A DNA stretch of 64,000 bases from Fidelibacterota bacterium (GTDB taxonomy: Bacteria; Fidelibacterota; Marinisomatia; Marinisomatales; UBA1611), in the NCBI GenBank assembly GCA_016784605.1, contig JADHUI010000001.1, positions 27,543 through 91,542 on the forward strand. The letters run 5' to 3'. Both the position numbers and the translations under genes were made by a program. This document shows, one piece after another, positions 9,734 through 19,615 of the stretch. How positions within the stretch are numbered: position 1 is the first letter of the stretch; every line of letters begins with the position of its first letter. A model generated the notes under the pieces. The model was not told the origin of the DNA and ran no database searches. It saw only the letters and a list, made by a program, of their open reading frames with translations.

Positions 9734-9761
9734 CAGGGGCTCTATGAGCCCCTGTTTTGTT
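9734..9761 (+). terminator. Rho-independent terminator of the giant gene
   Basis: Perfect 9-bp GC-rich stem caggggctc / gagcccctg with a 3-nt loop (tat), followed by TTTTGTT, 31 bp after the stop codon. Confidence 0.85.
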
Positions 9762-9872
9762 ATACGAAAAAAAAGACTTGCGTCGTTTTGATTTTTATGT
9801 GTAAATAATAATGCGCATGTAAAAAACATGGCGCTTAATGAAATGTAATCAAAGTAAATAAGGAGTTGAACT

Positions 9873-10280
9873 ATGCAAAAAAGCAGTGTCAATAAAGCAA
9901 TCATCGTTGGTCGATTAGGACAAGATCCAGACGGACGATTCACCCCACAAGGAACAGCTGTTTCCAATTTAAGTATCGCTACAAGCGAATCTTGGAGAGG
10001 AAAAGATGGCGAAATCCAAGAAAAAACAGAATGGCATCGCGCTGTTATGTTTGGAAAAATGGCTGAAACAGCAAACGAGTATATGAAAAAAGGTAGCCTC
10101 GTTTATGTAGAAGGACGTTTGCAAACACGTTCATGGGAAGACAATAATGGTGTTAAAAAATATTCGACAGAAATTCTGGTAGATAATTTCACCATGCTAG
10201 GAAAAAAAGGAGATTCAGGAGGAACATCTCAAAGTGCACCTAAATCAGATGCGCCCACAGACGACGATCTCCCCTTTTAA
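9873..10280 (+). CDS. ssb: Single-stranded DNA-binding protein (135 aa)
   Basis: OB-fold N-terminus ([47 protein letters not shown]), Gly/Ser-rich linker, and acidic tail DDDLPF. AAGGAG RBS upstream. Confidence 0.95.
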   Translation: MQKSSVNKAIIVGRLGQDPDGRFTPQGTAVSNLSIATSESWRGKDGEIQEKTEWHRAVMFGKMAETANEYMKKGSLVYVEGRLQTRSWEDNNGVKKYSTEILVDNFTMLGKKGDSGGTSQSAPKSDAPTDDDLPF

Positions 10281-10292
10281 ATCATCTTAAAA

Positions 10293-10318
10293 ATGGAGGG
10301 CGGTTCTCCGCCCTCCAT
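10293..10318 (+). other. Strong GC-rich hairpin between ssb and the acyltransferase gene (no U-tract)
   Basis: 11-bp perfect stem atggagggcgg / ccgccctccat with loop ttct. It starts 13 bp after the ssb stop and ends 7 bp before the next ATG. The missing T-run argues against a canonical intrinsic terminator; it may act as a partial terminator or mRNA stabiliser. Confidence 0.5.
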
Positions 10319-10324
10319 CAACCA

Positions 10325-11050
10325 ATGGCAGACTTAAAAAAGCTAAATAAATTCTCACCCCAACATCATAACGTAAGATATTTATCTGGTTTTTTAGGAC
10401 TATTCTTAGGGGCTGTTGCAGCAAAAGTCACCGTAAAAGGAAGACACAATCTTCCAAAAAACGGACCTTTTATTATCGCATCAAACCATTTTAGTTATAT
10501 AGACCCACCAATGATTGTATATGCCATTCGTCGCGCAATCAATTTTATTGGCGCAAGCGATCAAATAATTAAATGGTATTATATGTGGGTGCCTATTTTG
10601 TATGGCTTTATTCCTGTAAATAGAAAAAGCGTTGCACCATCCACCATTAAAATGGCATCAAAGGCTCTAAAAAACGGAGAAATATTATGTATTTATCCAG
10701 AAGGGTATTTAGGTAATCCCGTATTAAGGCCCGCAAGAAATGGTGTGGTGTTTTTATCTACTTTAACGAATGCGCCTATTATACCCGTATCAATTTGGGG
10801 CGGAGAAACAGCATTGCCCGGCTTCGGGAAAGGATTGCGCCCGGATATCGAAATTAGAATTGGTAAACCATTCGGTCCATTTGAGCTCCCGAAAGAAAAA
10901 GAAAAAAAGAAACGAAAAATTGAAAGGGTGGGAAAAGAAATTATGCATCAGATAGCCGCACTATTACCCGACGATAGACATGGCGTTTTTTCCGGCGATA
11001 AACGCATTTCTGATATTAGGAAGAAATACGACTTACCTGTTCCCGAATAA
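10325..11050 (+). CDS. 1-acyl-sn-glycerol-3-phosphate acyltransferase family protein (241 aa)
   Basis: Acyltransferase HX4D motif (ASNHFSYIDPP) and the YPEG block (ILCIYPEGY), characteristic of the PlsC/LPLAT family. Confidence 0.85.
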   Translation: MADLKKLNKFSPQHHNVRYLSGFLGLFLGAVAAKVTVKGRHNLPKNGPFIIASNHFSYIDPPMIVYAIRRAINFIGASDQIIKWYYMWVPILYGFIPVNRKSVAPSTIKMASKALKNGEILCIYPEGYLGNPVLRPARNGVVFLSTLTNAPIIPVSIWGGETALPGFGKGLRPDIEIRIGKPFGPFELPKEKEKKKRKIERVGKEIMHQIAALLPDDRHGVFSGDKRISDIRKKYDLPVPE

Positions 11051-11882
11051 TAAAATATAAACCAACAAGTGTTAATGCTCCACCGCTCAACGTAGCGATT
11101 GAAAAAGACTCATTAAACAAAATGAGAGCCAACCCAGAGGCAACAATAGGTTCGCCCAGTGGAATAGAAGCCACCATCGTTGGCGAAACAAATTTCAGAA
11201 TAAAACTTAACACAACATGACCAAAAATAGTTGGAACTAACCCTAAAAAAACAAACCAACTAAGGTGCTGAAGGTTAATGTTTAAAACAGCTTCATTCCG
11301 AAAAGTTGAAATTAAAAATAATACAACCGCAGCCACAAAAAAGACACTCCTGCTATAAGTAATTGCGCTGGAACCCTCCCTTACTTTTTCTGCGATCATC
11401 CAAGAAAGAGCAATACATAAGGAGCCTAAAATAGCCATAAGGTTTCCAACAAATGGTTCATTATTAAAAGAAAATTGATTTCCGTTTATAACGAACGCCC
11501 CAACAAGACTTATAACTAAACCAAGAATAAGAACTTTATTGAAAGATCGGCGGTAAATAAACTTTTCTACAAATAAGGTGAAAATAGGAGCCAAAGTTCC
11601 CAACACAGTTGCGTTGGCTATGGATGTTAATTTGACTGCCCCAAAAAATAAAGCAAAATGAAACCCCAATAATACGCCAGAATAAAAAACCCGTTTTCGG
11701 TTTAGCGATGAAAGAGTATTCTTGTGGTAAAAACTATATATCCACAAAAACCCAGAAGCAATGGCCATTCTCCAAAAAGCAATAACAACCGCAGGGACAT
11801 CCGCCAAATGGCGAACAACAAGGGACGATGTGCTTACAGAAAAAAGCGCAACACCCATTAAAAAAACAATTCTAAACGACAC
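11016..11882 (-). CDS. EamA/DMT-family transporter (288 aa)
   Basis: About ten predicted TM helices in two similar halves, typical of EamA-domain permeases. GTG start 3 bp after the stop of the upstream M20 gene (operon). The 3' end overlaps the convergent acyltransferase gene by 35 bp. Confidence 0.8.
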   Translation of the reverse strand: MSFRIVFLMGVALFSVSTSSLVVRHLADVPAVVIAFWRMAIASGFLWIYSFYHKNTLSSLNRKRVFYSGVLLGFHFALFFGAVKLTSIANATVLGTLAPIFTLFVEKFIYRRSFNKVLILGLVISLVGAFVINGNQFSFNNEPFVGNLMAILGSLCIALSWMIAEKVREGSSAITYSRSVFFVAAVVLFLISTFRNEAVLNINLQHLSWFVFLGLVPTIFGHVVLSFILKFVSPTMVASIPLGEPIVASGLALILFNESFSIATLSGGALTLVGLYFIIREQVSRISS

Positions 11883-11885
11883 GCA

Positions 11886-13286
11886 TTAAGGGTGTTCTGC
11901 TAATATGGATGCTACACAACAAGATAGTTTTTTTGCATAAGGAATATGTAAAAATTCATTCGGACCGTGCGCGTTTGAAGCGGGACCCAAAACGCCCGTT
12001 ATGATAAATTGCGCCTCTGGAAATTTTTCTCCTAACATGGCCATAAATGGAATAGTTCCGCCCTCACCTAATGCGCTGGCGCTATGACCATAAAAGTCAG
12101 TAGACGCTTTTTCGATGGCCGAATCTAACCACGGTTCTGTTTTTGGGGCATTCCACCCAAAAGCCGCTTCTTCTGTTTCTACTGCAACTTTTGCATCGTA
12201 GGGAGGATTATCAGTAAGAACTTTTACCAAAGCGTCTTGAGCTTTTGGCGCATCCACCATTGGAGGAATTCGCATAGATAATTTTAATGATGTATATGGG
12301 CGAAGAACATTACCCGCTTTTTCTCCTTCCGGCAATCCATCTGCCCCCACAACCGAAAGAGCCGGCCGCCACGTTCTTCGGAGCACTGCTTCTACCAAAT
12401 CTTCTGTAGATGGTTTCATGTTTTCCACAAAAGGGAATTCTTCTACAACACCACTTCCTAAAATAGAAACCATTTTTTCAACTTCTTTAATGCGATGCTC
12501 AGGAATGTCTGTATGGAGAGAATCCACGAGAACGGTTCCTGTTTTTAGATCTTCAACTTTAGATAACAACTCTCTTGCCACGCGAAACGATGATGGCACC
12601 AAACCGCTTGCACTTCCAGAATGCACCCCCTCGCTTAATACATCAACTCGCATAGAACACCCAACCAACCCTCGTAAAGAAGTGGTGGTCCAAAAACGTT
12701 CATAATCACCGGCCCCAGAATCTAAACAAACAACCAAATTGGGCGAACCGATTGTTTCAGAACATAAATCAATATAATGGGGCAAATCAGGCGAACCGCT
12801 TTCTTCGCAGAATTCAACTAAAATTAAAATTCTTGGTAAAGCAATATTCTGCTCCTGAAGCGCATTAACCAACCCAATAGACGCAAAAAGCGCATATCCA
12901 TCATCTGCTCCACCTCGGCCATATAATTTTCCATCTTTTAATACAGGCTTCCACGGTCCAAGGCCCTCGTCCCAACCTTCCATTTCCGGTTGTTTATCTA
13001 GGTGACCATACATAAGAACATTTCCATCTTTTTCGCCAGGAATATCCACAAGAATAAGTGGCGTCCGACCCACAGTATGTTTTATAGTTAATTGTCCACC
13101 TTTTGGCATATGATTTTTTGTCCAATCAACAGCCATATCTAATACACGATCCATATGTCCGTTGGCCTCCCAATTCGCATCAAAGGCGGGCGACTTATTA
13201 GGAATTTTAATATAATCAATAAGTGCGGGAGTAATTTCATTGTCCCAAAAGGCGTTTAAGTAATTTTGTAATGCTTCATTATTCAT
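11886..13286 (-). CDS. M20-family metallopeptidase/dipeptidase (466 aa from ATG 13286)
   Basis: M20 motifs MYGHLDKQP, GRGGADDGYALF and VEFCEESGSPDL, with a dimerisation-domain insert. The track start (13298, TTG) is 4 codons upstream of the first ATG. Confidence 0.85.
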   Translation of the reverse strand: MNNEALQNYLNAFWDNEITPALIDYIKIPNKSPAFDANWEANGHMDRVLDMAVDWTKNHMPKGGQLTIKHTVGRTPLILVDIPGEKDGNVLMYGHLDKQPEMEGWDEGLGPWKPVLKDGKLYGRGGADDGYALFASIGLVNALQEQNIALPRILILVEFCEESGSPDLPHYIDLCSETIGSPNLVVCLDSGAGDYERFWTTTSLRGLVGCSMRVDVLSEGVHSGSASGLVPSSFRVARELLSKVEDLKTGTVLVDSLHTDIPEHRIKEVEKMVSILGSGVVEEFPFVENMKPSTEDLVEAVLRRTWRPALSVVGADGLPEGEKAGNVLRPYTSLKLSMRIPPMVDAPKAQDALVKVLTDNPPYDAKVAVETEEAAFGWNAPKTEPWLDSAIEKASTDFYGHSASALGEGGTIPFMAMLGEKFPEAQFIITGVLGPASNAHGPNEFLHIPYAKKLSCCVASILAEHP

Positions 13287-13525
13287 GTGTTTTCTCAATG
13301 TATAAAAGGTGAGTAGAGTACAATTGTTTCATGGAAAATTTACGCATGATCCTTTTTATATTTTACTCGTTTAACGCAGTAAGTGTTGTCATTCCGGAAT
13401 TTTAAAAAATATCCGGAATCTATCTATTGAGAAGCCATAGTTTTTTCCCAGAAAGAATTATTTTATAGATGACTATATTTTTTATGAAAGACGGTTTTAT
13501 CTAAAAAGTCTAATGGATGATACCG

Positions 13526-14332
13526 TTATTTTTTTTTAGATAGAGCAGCGCTTAAATAAACGAGAGACCCATCTTGAAATGAATCATATACTTTACTTCC
13601 TTCTACACCCGCATAAGACTCAAACACGTTTTGGATAAAACGAGGAACAGTTTCTCGTATAGCTTTTTTTCTACTTTCCGTCATTTGACTAAGGGCCGAT
13701 AATATGTTTGAAGTAATATCGCACTTTTGAAGAAGACTAAAACCTGCTTTTTCAAATTGATTAAACACATCATCTTGACCATCAGAAGGGCGCAAATCAC
13801 ACCAAAGAAAATGCCCCCCTGGTTTTAATACGCGATTTACTTCCGATAAAAATTGATCTACATTTCCATAACAATGAGATGATTCTACATTTAAAACCAC
13901 ATCAAAAGAATGATCGTCAAAAGGTATATTTTCAGAATCACCCACAGAAAAGGAAAGAGTGTCAACGCTATGAATTGATTGACATAATTCTACTGCAGAT
14001 TCCGAGATGTCCATCCCCACAACTGAAGAGGGTTTAAGATAGCGCGACACATAGGATGCGCCCCCACCACGACCCGACCCAATTTCTAATATCGTTTTTC
14101 CCGTTACATTTATTTGGGAGACTACATGATGGTATAAATGAATAGGGTATCGCTCAAGCTCATCTTCGGTGTGTAGTTCTGGAAAAAACCCATCTTCACT
14201 AAACCCATAATTCATAAACTTAAAATCAGGGTTTTGTGCTCTATTTGCAAAAACAGTATACCACTTTTTCCAGAACCATCGTTTTGTGGAAGGGGAGAAT
14301 TGGATAAACCAAACAATTATTTTTTGTAACAT
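13526..14332 (-). CDS. Class I SAM-dependent methyltransferase (268 aa)
   Basis: Motif I ILEIGSGRGGGASYV, plus the acidic motif-II residue and post-I blocks (VVGMDIS, FDVVLNVESSHCY, LKPGGHF). Confidence 0.85.
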   Translation of the reverse strand: MLQKIIVWFIQFSPSTKRWFWKKWYTVFANRAQNPDFKFMNYGFSEDGFFPELHTEDELERYPIHLYHHVVSQINVTGKTILEIGSGRGGGASYVSRYLKPSSVVGMDISESAVELCQSIHSVDTLSFSVGDSENIPFDDHSFDVVLNVESSHCYGNVDQFLSEVNRVLKPGGHFLWCDLRPSDGQDDVFNQFEKAGFSLLQKCDITSNILSALSQMTESRKKAIRETVPRFIQNVFESYAGVEGSKVYDSFQDGSLVYLSAALSKKK

Positions 14333-14370
14333 GACCTAACTTAAACCAGTTTAGATCTTTTTAGTACGAA

Positions 14371-15585
14371 TTAAATTTTCCAGTAAAACGATATAAAAGG
14401 CCTCTGGAAATGGTATCCTATCCATAAATTATCTGATTGACCTAAAATCCATAATAATGGAATTTTATTCGTCATAAAACCCACATCAAAATGAAGAGCA
14501 TTGTTATTTTTATTGCCCTCCATTAAATCAATAAATTCTGGATGATATGCGTCATAAAAAACTTCTGACATAACTTTTACATTCGGCGTTACATCAATAT
14601 CAACTGCGCCATAAAATCGCGGAGCCACATCTTCTCCAGGATAAAGAACAGCACTGGCCCCTACAGTTGTATTAATACGGCCATTTCCTCCAGCGCGTAA
14701 TTTTGAAACAGTGTAGGCACTAAAAAGCTCAAACCACATTTTTTCTCCATCGCTTGGACTGTTTCTATACTGTTCCCAGTCGTCTCCGTCATCACTTTTT
14801 TCAGCGCCCAGCCTGATGTAGCCACCCTCTGTTGTATAATAGTTTTCCCCAGTTTCATTGTCCCAATGCCAATCCCGATTAGCATCTTCTACCCACTTAT
14901 ATTTCCCGGGTAATCCGCGCGTATGAAGATGCGCCCCGACAGCAAACGAAGATTGTGATTCAACATTCCCACTTTGAAATAGGGTCACCTTTGGGCGTAA
15001 ATTAAAATCTTGGTAGAAATAATTTGACCATTTTGATGTTATTTGAATTTTATCTGTTATACCAAAACCCCAAGAAAGACCGCTTAGATATAAAGTGTTT
15101 TTTTCAATAATAAATCCCGTTGGATCAAACCACACATCCATGAGACGCTCTTTACTAAAAAACCATTCTTCCTCTTTTGGCGTAGGCACAGATGTAACCT
15201 GAACGCCGTATGGCGTATGTTGGATTACGGGGGAAGGCGAATTTTCAGAATCTATTTTTTCTATTTGATCGGAAGGAATTGAAACAGATCCAAATCTTGT
15301 TTGAATAACAAAAATATCATTATCCTGACTTAGCAATTCACCTCGAACAACATCGCCAGACTTTAAAGAAACAATAACGACTTTTTGTTTTAGATCAGAT
15401 TTATTAAGCACAACTTCGCCCATAAGCGGGTTAATAATTGTAATTGTATCATCCGTTTCAGACATAACCTGGCCTGTTATTTTATCTCCTGATTTTAGTC
15501 GAAACGTTTTTTGATCTTGAGAAAAAACAACCCCAACAATAGCGAATACTATAAAAATTTTTAATATATTTTTTCCACCCAACAC
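14371..15585 (-). CDS. Predicted outer-membrane beta-barrel protein with two N-terminal LKSGD repeats (404 aa), DUF481-like
   Basis: Signal peptide. Tandem ~40-aa repeats (FRLKSGDKITGQVMSETDDTITIINPLMGEVVLNKSDL / VSLKSGDVVRGELLSQDNDIFVIQTRFGSVSIPSDQI). The C-terminal half has alternating-hydrophobic strands and ends in aromatic residues (FISFYWKI). GTG start. Family assignment is from memory only. Confidence 0.55.
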   Translation of the reverse strand: MLGGKNILKIFIVFAIVGVVFSQDQKTFRLKSGDKITGQVMSETDDTITIINPLMGEVVLNKSDLKQKVVIVSLKSGDVVRGELLSQDNDIFVIQTRFGSVSIPSDQIEKIDSENSPSPVIQHTPYGVQVTSVPTPKEEEWFFSKERLMDVWFDPTGFIIEKNTLYLSGLSWGFGITDKIQITSKWSNYFYQDFNLRPKVTLFQSGNVESQSSFAVGAHLHTRGLPGKYKWVEDANRDWHWDNETGENYYTTEGGYIRLGAEKSDDGDDWEQYRNSPSDGEKMWFELFSAYTVSKLRAGGNGRINTTVGASAVLYPGEDVAPRFYGAVDIDVTPNVKVMSEVFYDAYHPEFIDLMEGNKNNNALHFDVGFMTNKIPLLWILGQSDNLWIGYHFQRPFISFYWKI

Positions 15586-15688
15586 AATAATCTCCCAATC
15601 TTTTTGTTTGCGAATAACTTAAGTTAATGTTAATTTATTTTAAGAAATACTTAAATAACAAGAAAATAATAAAAATAAATTAAAGAAT

Positions 15689-16387
15689 ATGACAAAAGCT
15701 TTAGAAATAATTAATTCTATTATGGACACAAAAGGATTTCGTCGGAAAAGAGATGTGGCGGAATATTTTGGCGTTTCCCCGCAAGCCTTAAGTATTTGGA
15801 TCTCTAAAGATGATATTCCGGCCAAACATATATTAAAGTTTACAAGAGAAGAAAACCAATATCACGCAAGTCAAGCCGCAAAGGAACAAACGCAAGATGA
15901 AACGCAGGCAGTTATTAATTATCTCATGCGAGAAAATGTAGCCTTAAAAAAAGAATTGGAATCGCTTAAATCGACTAAAACGCAACATCAAAAAAATTCA
16001 AAAAAAGGACATTTAATTGATAAAATTGTATCGGAATCTTTATTGATTTCCGGAAGAGCCTCCGATGGCATGATAACAAGTATTGACGGTAAATGGTTTG
16101 AGTTGATGGGATACAATAAAGACCAGCTGCTTGGCCATCGATACGATCGGGAAGATTTGATTCATCCGGAAGAATTTGAAAAAACAAAAAAACACCAAGA
16201 AACCATTCGACAATCGGAAGGAATTCGTGAAACAAAATTCAGCACCATTCAGCGCTGGAAACACGGCATTACAGGAAAATATGTCTTATTAAGTATGGTC
16301 TGGTATGTGGATGTTGAAAAGGACCTGGTAGATGTAGTCTGTAAACCGATTGATACATTTTTAGGCCAAGAAAATATAATAAACTAA
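15689..16387 (+). CDS. Putative transcriptional regulator: N-terminal Cro/YdaS-like HTH, coiled coil, C-terminal PAS-like sensor (232 aa)
   Basis: HTH segment RRKRDVAEYFGVSPQALSIWISKDDIP, a heptad-like segment NYLMRENVALKKELESLK, and a PAS-like C-terminus (GMITSIDGKWFELMGYNKDQLLGHRYDREDLIHPEE). Confidence 0.6.
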   Translation: MTKALEIINSIMDTKGFRRKRDVAEYFGVSPQALSIWISKDDIPAKHILKFTREENQYHASQAAKEQTQDETQAVINYLMRENVALKKELESLKSTKTQHQKNSKKGHLIDKIVSESLLISGRASDGMITSIDGKWFELMGYNKDQLLGHRYDREDLIHPEEFEKTKKHQETIRQSEGIRETKFSTIQRWKHGITGKYVLLSMVWYVDVEKDLVDVVCKPIDTFLGQENIIN

Positions 16388-16467
16388 TAAAAGCTACACA
16401 CGGCAGTGTGACAATAACGCGGAAAGGGATTCCCGCGTTAACAAACAAAGAAAAGAGAGGAACAACG

Positions 16468-18540
16468 ATGAGAAAATTAAAAAGGTTAAGTCTAGTAATT
16501 ATTATAATGTTTAGCACATTATTTGCTGGAAATATAAAATTAACACCACGCTTAAAACAGATAGCTAAAGCGATTGAAGCACAATACCCAAACATGACCC
16601 GCGGTGAAGATCGAACGCCCACCCACCAAATCAGAAATAATACGAATCGAGATATGAGTGATATTGTTGGTGAATGGCATATAGACGAACAGTCAGCTGA
16701 TATGTACATTACAGTGGGAGAAGACCAGTCTCATCCAAACGTATCTCAAATGATGGCTCTTGAAGAAGGGGAAGGAAATATTCATGTTTCCACAGAATCT
16801 TTTGAAACAGATTTAACATACTTTTTAGATGCATCCATATTTGGAGAAGGAGCTAGAAATTCCAGAAACGCGGAGGCTTTAGATTTTGCCCAAACATATG
16901 TTAACGATAACGCGGAAGACCACGGCCAAAGTATTTTTGATTTAGTTTCAGAATTTAACTTAACAATAGATGGCGAAGAAGTGTCTGGCGGTTTGGGCGG
17001 AAATAATCCGGATAATTGCGAAATAAATTGGCCAACCGATCCCTATAAAGCAGCCGTTTATTCTTTTGTGTCTGAATATGTTCTTTATGAAGGCGGAAGT
17101 GTTGGGTGTTATTTTGATTATTATTCTGACCAATCCTATGGATATGTAGCTGAAGAACTAGAAGGCGAATGGACTGGCGGTGGAGGCGATGGAGAAATCT
17201 GTCTCTATCTTGAAATGTTTGATTCAGAATGCAACGGCTGGGGTGATGCCTATTGGGTTATCACAAATGATATGGGCGAGTCGGTAGACGAAGGGTCTCT
17301 TTCGGATAATGGGTGTTATGGCGATGTCGATATTTGTTTAGAGCCGGGATATTATACTTTTACGTGCGTTGGAACTGGAACAGATGAAGATGATGAAATT
17401 TCTTGGACTCTATATGATGATTATGATTTATTGGCAGAAGGAGGCGCCAACGAAGGAACATCATTTGAATTAGAAGATGGTGGCGGCGAAGAAGGAGAAC
17501 CTTACGCCTATATTATGAATATGGATTTTATGGAATTTTTTATGTTCCTGTTTGGAGAAGAACCTATGGTTGAAAACCCAACAATTGTTTTGTTTGGGTC
17601 TTCTGCTTACGATGAAAATATTGACATGGTTGGATGTATTACACTTATTGACAATGAAATAATTGAATTAATGGCAGATATGGACGAGGCTTTATCGCTC
17701 ACATCTATCGACACAGCCAATTACACGATTACTTTTTCAGATTTAGAATTAATGGATGAATCTGGAGAATTATCTGTATCATTATCAGGCACTTTCGGCC
17801 CGGAAATGGTGGATTATTTAGCGGGCGTAGAAACATTAGTTCCTTTCCCAGATGAACTTTTTAACGAAGGGCCTGGGGACGAAAACAGTGATTTGTATTT
17901 ATCTTTTTATAGTGACTCTACGGGTATGGAGCGCTTTGTAGAATTTGATGAAGAATCACATGAAACGTGGGTTGATACAAATTCTTTTGAATGGTGGGCC
18001 ACAGCGGACTCTCTTTATTTAATATATGAAGATGATGAAGGTTACGAAGAATGGGTTGAATTAGATTATATGATCGATGGCGATACGCTATATGCTGGTG
18101 CAGATTATTATCCCTGCGATGAAGAGTATGATTCTTATGAAGAGTGTTTTGTAGATGGAGATTTATTCTTTTTTACTGAATTTACAGACGTAGAAGAATT
18201 TCGAATTTATTCGCAAAGTTCTGCAAGCTGGGTAGGAACTGTTTCCACAGATAATGAAAAAGCGATAGTTTCAGAATCATTTGCTCTATATCAAAATTTC
18301 CCAAATCCGTTTAACCCAACAACAACCATCTGGTTTAATGTGGGTGAGGCACAACATACAACATCTTTACAAATATATGATATATCTGGACGATTGGTTG
18401 AATCGCTGGTAAATAAAAAGTTGCAACCAGGGCCCCATGAAATTCAGTGGAGTGGCGAAAATCGACCTAGTGGTGTATATATATTGCGTGCCGAAAATGG
18501 CCCTATTTCTCAAACTCAAAAAATGGTTTTAATGAAATAA
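16468..18540 (+). CDS. Highly acidic secreted T9SS cargo protein (690 aa from ATG 16468) containing one DSxxxGWGD-type module
   Basis: RBS AGAGAGG precedes ATG 16468 (the track start 16408 is an extension). Signal peptide MRKLKRLSLVIIIMFSTLFAG. D/E-rich body. CTD FALYQNFPNPFNPTTTIWFNV...GVYILRAENGPISQTQKMVLMK. Confidence 0.8.
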   Translation: MRKLKRLSLVIIIMFSTLFAGNIKLTPRLKQIAKAIEAQYPNMTRGEDRTPTHQIRNNTNRDMSDIVGEWHIDEQSADMYITVGEDQSHPNVSQMMALEEGEGNIHVSTESFETDLTYFLDASIFGEGARNSRNAEALDFAQTYVNDNAEDHGQSIFDLVSEFNLTIDGEEVSGGLGGNNPDNCEINWPTDPYKAAVYSFVSEYVLYEGGSVGCYFDYYSDQSYGYVAEELEGEWTGGGGDGEICLYLEMFDSECNGWGDAYWVITNDMGESVDEGSLSDNGCYGDVDICLEPGYYTFTCVGTGTDEDDEISWTLYDDYDLLAEGGANEGTSFELEDGGGEEGEPYAYIMNMDFMEFFMFLFGEEPMVENPTIVLFGSSAYDENIDMVGCITLIDNEIIELMADMDEALSLTSIDTANYTITFSDLELMDESGELSVSLSGTFGPEMVDYLAGVETLVPFPDELFNEGPGDENSDLYLSFYSDSTGMERFVEFDEESHETWVDTNSFEWWATADSLYLIYEDDEGYEEWVELDYMIDGDTLYAGADYYPCDEEYDSYEECFVDGDLFFFTEFTDVEEFRIYSQSSASWVGTVSTDNEKAIVSESFALYQNFPNPFNPTTTIWFNVGEAQHTTSLQIYDISGRLVESLVNKKLQPGPHEIQWSGENRPSGVYILRAENGPISQTQKMVLMK
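18291..18540 (+). repeat. CTD-encoding repeat, copy 1 (partner at 19350-19601)
   Basis: A 36-bp block (tttcccaaatccgtttaacccaacaacaaccatc region) is identical, and the final ~105 bp differ at only 3 positions by my alignment. The central ~100 bp is diverged. Confidence 0.85.
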
Positions 18541-18584
18541 AATAAGCAGCAACTTTTAATAAGGTTCGGAAAGAGAGAAACAAA

Positions 18585-19601
18585 ATGAATAAAAGGGCAG
18601 TGTTTTTATTTACCATTTTTACAACCATAATATCAGCTCAAGAGTTTCAAGAATGGTCTGGAAATATAATTCAGCTGGATAATAATACGGCTTTTTTAAG
18701 AACATGTCCCGATTTAGTTGATTCTTGTATTTATGTTTGCAGTGAAGATGATGACAATCCATGCCACCCCGAAGAAATATATTCAATTGTGGTGGATTCT
18801 AGTATAGGCGATACAAATACAGCCGGATCACGATTTCGGTTTTATTTTCCGTGGGAATATTCTGGGCTAACAGCAAATAAGTTTGTCATAAGGGCGTCTT
18901 GGCCGTGCTTAAGTCCTACAGCTGTTTATGCATCTGGCAATTATGCATATTTTGATATTATTGGTCACGAAGCATGTCCGGGAACCGTTCAGGCGTCTAT
19001 ATGGTATGGCGAAGATTGTGAGGACGATGATGGTAATATTGGTAGCCACCAATGCTTAGAGCGCGTAGGTCGTTTTTGTTTAGCGCCCGGAGACACATTA
19101 GATTGGCCCGAAGAATCAGACCAAAACATTAGTGGGGATATATGTAATTCGTGCTGGATGTCATCTGCGGCCTGGGACAATTATGCTGATGGTTTATATT
19201 CCGATGACTTTTATGCGCCCGGATATTGCGAATCATTTGATCATTGTCATCACGAAACACCAGACAGTGTTTCGTGCGGCGTTGGTTACTTAGACGGAGA
19301 AACAGTATCCATTATCCGAGACGCTATTCCAACAATGTTTGAATTGAAACCAAATTTCCCAAATCCGTTTAACCCAACAACAACCATCCGGTTTAATATT
19401 CCGGTAGAGACGCAGCATGCTACGTCTCTACATATATTTGATATAACCGGTAGCGTTGTGGATGTTTTGGTGAATGAAAAACTACAACCCGGACTCCATG
19501 AAATTCAGTGGAGTGGCGAAAATCGATCTAGTGGTGTATATATATTGCGCGCTGAAAATGGCCCTATTTCTCAAACTCAAAAAATGGTTTTAATGAAATA
19601 A
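18585..19601 (+). CDS. Cysteine-rich secreted T9SS cargo protein (338 aa)
   Basis: Signal peptide, many Cys residues, and CTD FELKPNFPNPFNPTTTIRFNI...GVYILRAENGPISQTQKMVLMK. The last ~35 residues are nearly identical to those of the preceding gene. Confidence 0.8.
   Translation: MNKRAVFLFTIFTTIISAQEFQEWSGNIIQLDNNTAFLRTCPDLVDSCIYVCSEDDDNPCHPEEIYSIVVDSSIGDTNTAGSRFRFYFPWEYSGLTANKFVIRASWPCLSPTAVYASGNYAYFDIIGHEACPGTVQASIWYGEDCEDDDGNIGSHQCLERVGRFCLAPGDTLDWPEESDQNISGDICNSCWMSSAAWDNYADGLYSDDFYAPGYCESFDHCHHETPDSVSCGVGYLDGETVSIIRDAIPTMFELKPNFPNPFNPTTTIRFNIPVETQHATSLHIFDITGSVVDVLVNEKLQPGLHEIQWSGENRSSGVYILRAENGPISQTQKMVLMK
19350..19601 (+). repeat. CTD-encoding repeat, copy 2 (partner at 18291-18540)
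   Basis: See copy 1. Confidence 0.85.
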
Positions 19602-19615
19602 AAAGATAATCTATT

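Noticed and set aside
9656-9967. 103-aa minus-strand ORF across the terminator and ssb start
   Set aside because: It overlaps a strong terminator hairpin and the conserved ssb N-terminus in antisense, with no supporting features.
11016-11050. 35-bp convergent overlap of the acyltransferase and EamA transporter 3' ends as a possible antisense regulatory arrangement
   Set aside because: Short convergent overlaps are common in compact genomes. There is nothing in the sequence (no hairpin, no conserved element) to suggest more.
16269-16709. 146-aa hydrophobic minus-strand ORF spanning the end of the PAS regulator gene and the start of the next gene
   Set aside because: It overlaps two better-supported plus-strand genes and their intergenic RBS. 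Its hydrophobicity reflects AT-rich antisense composition.
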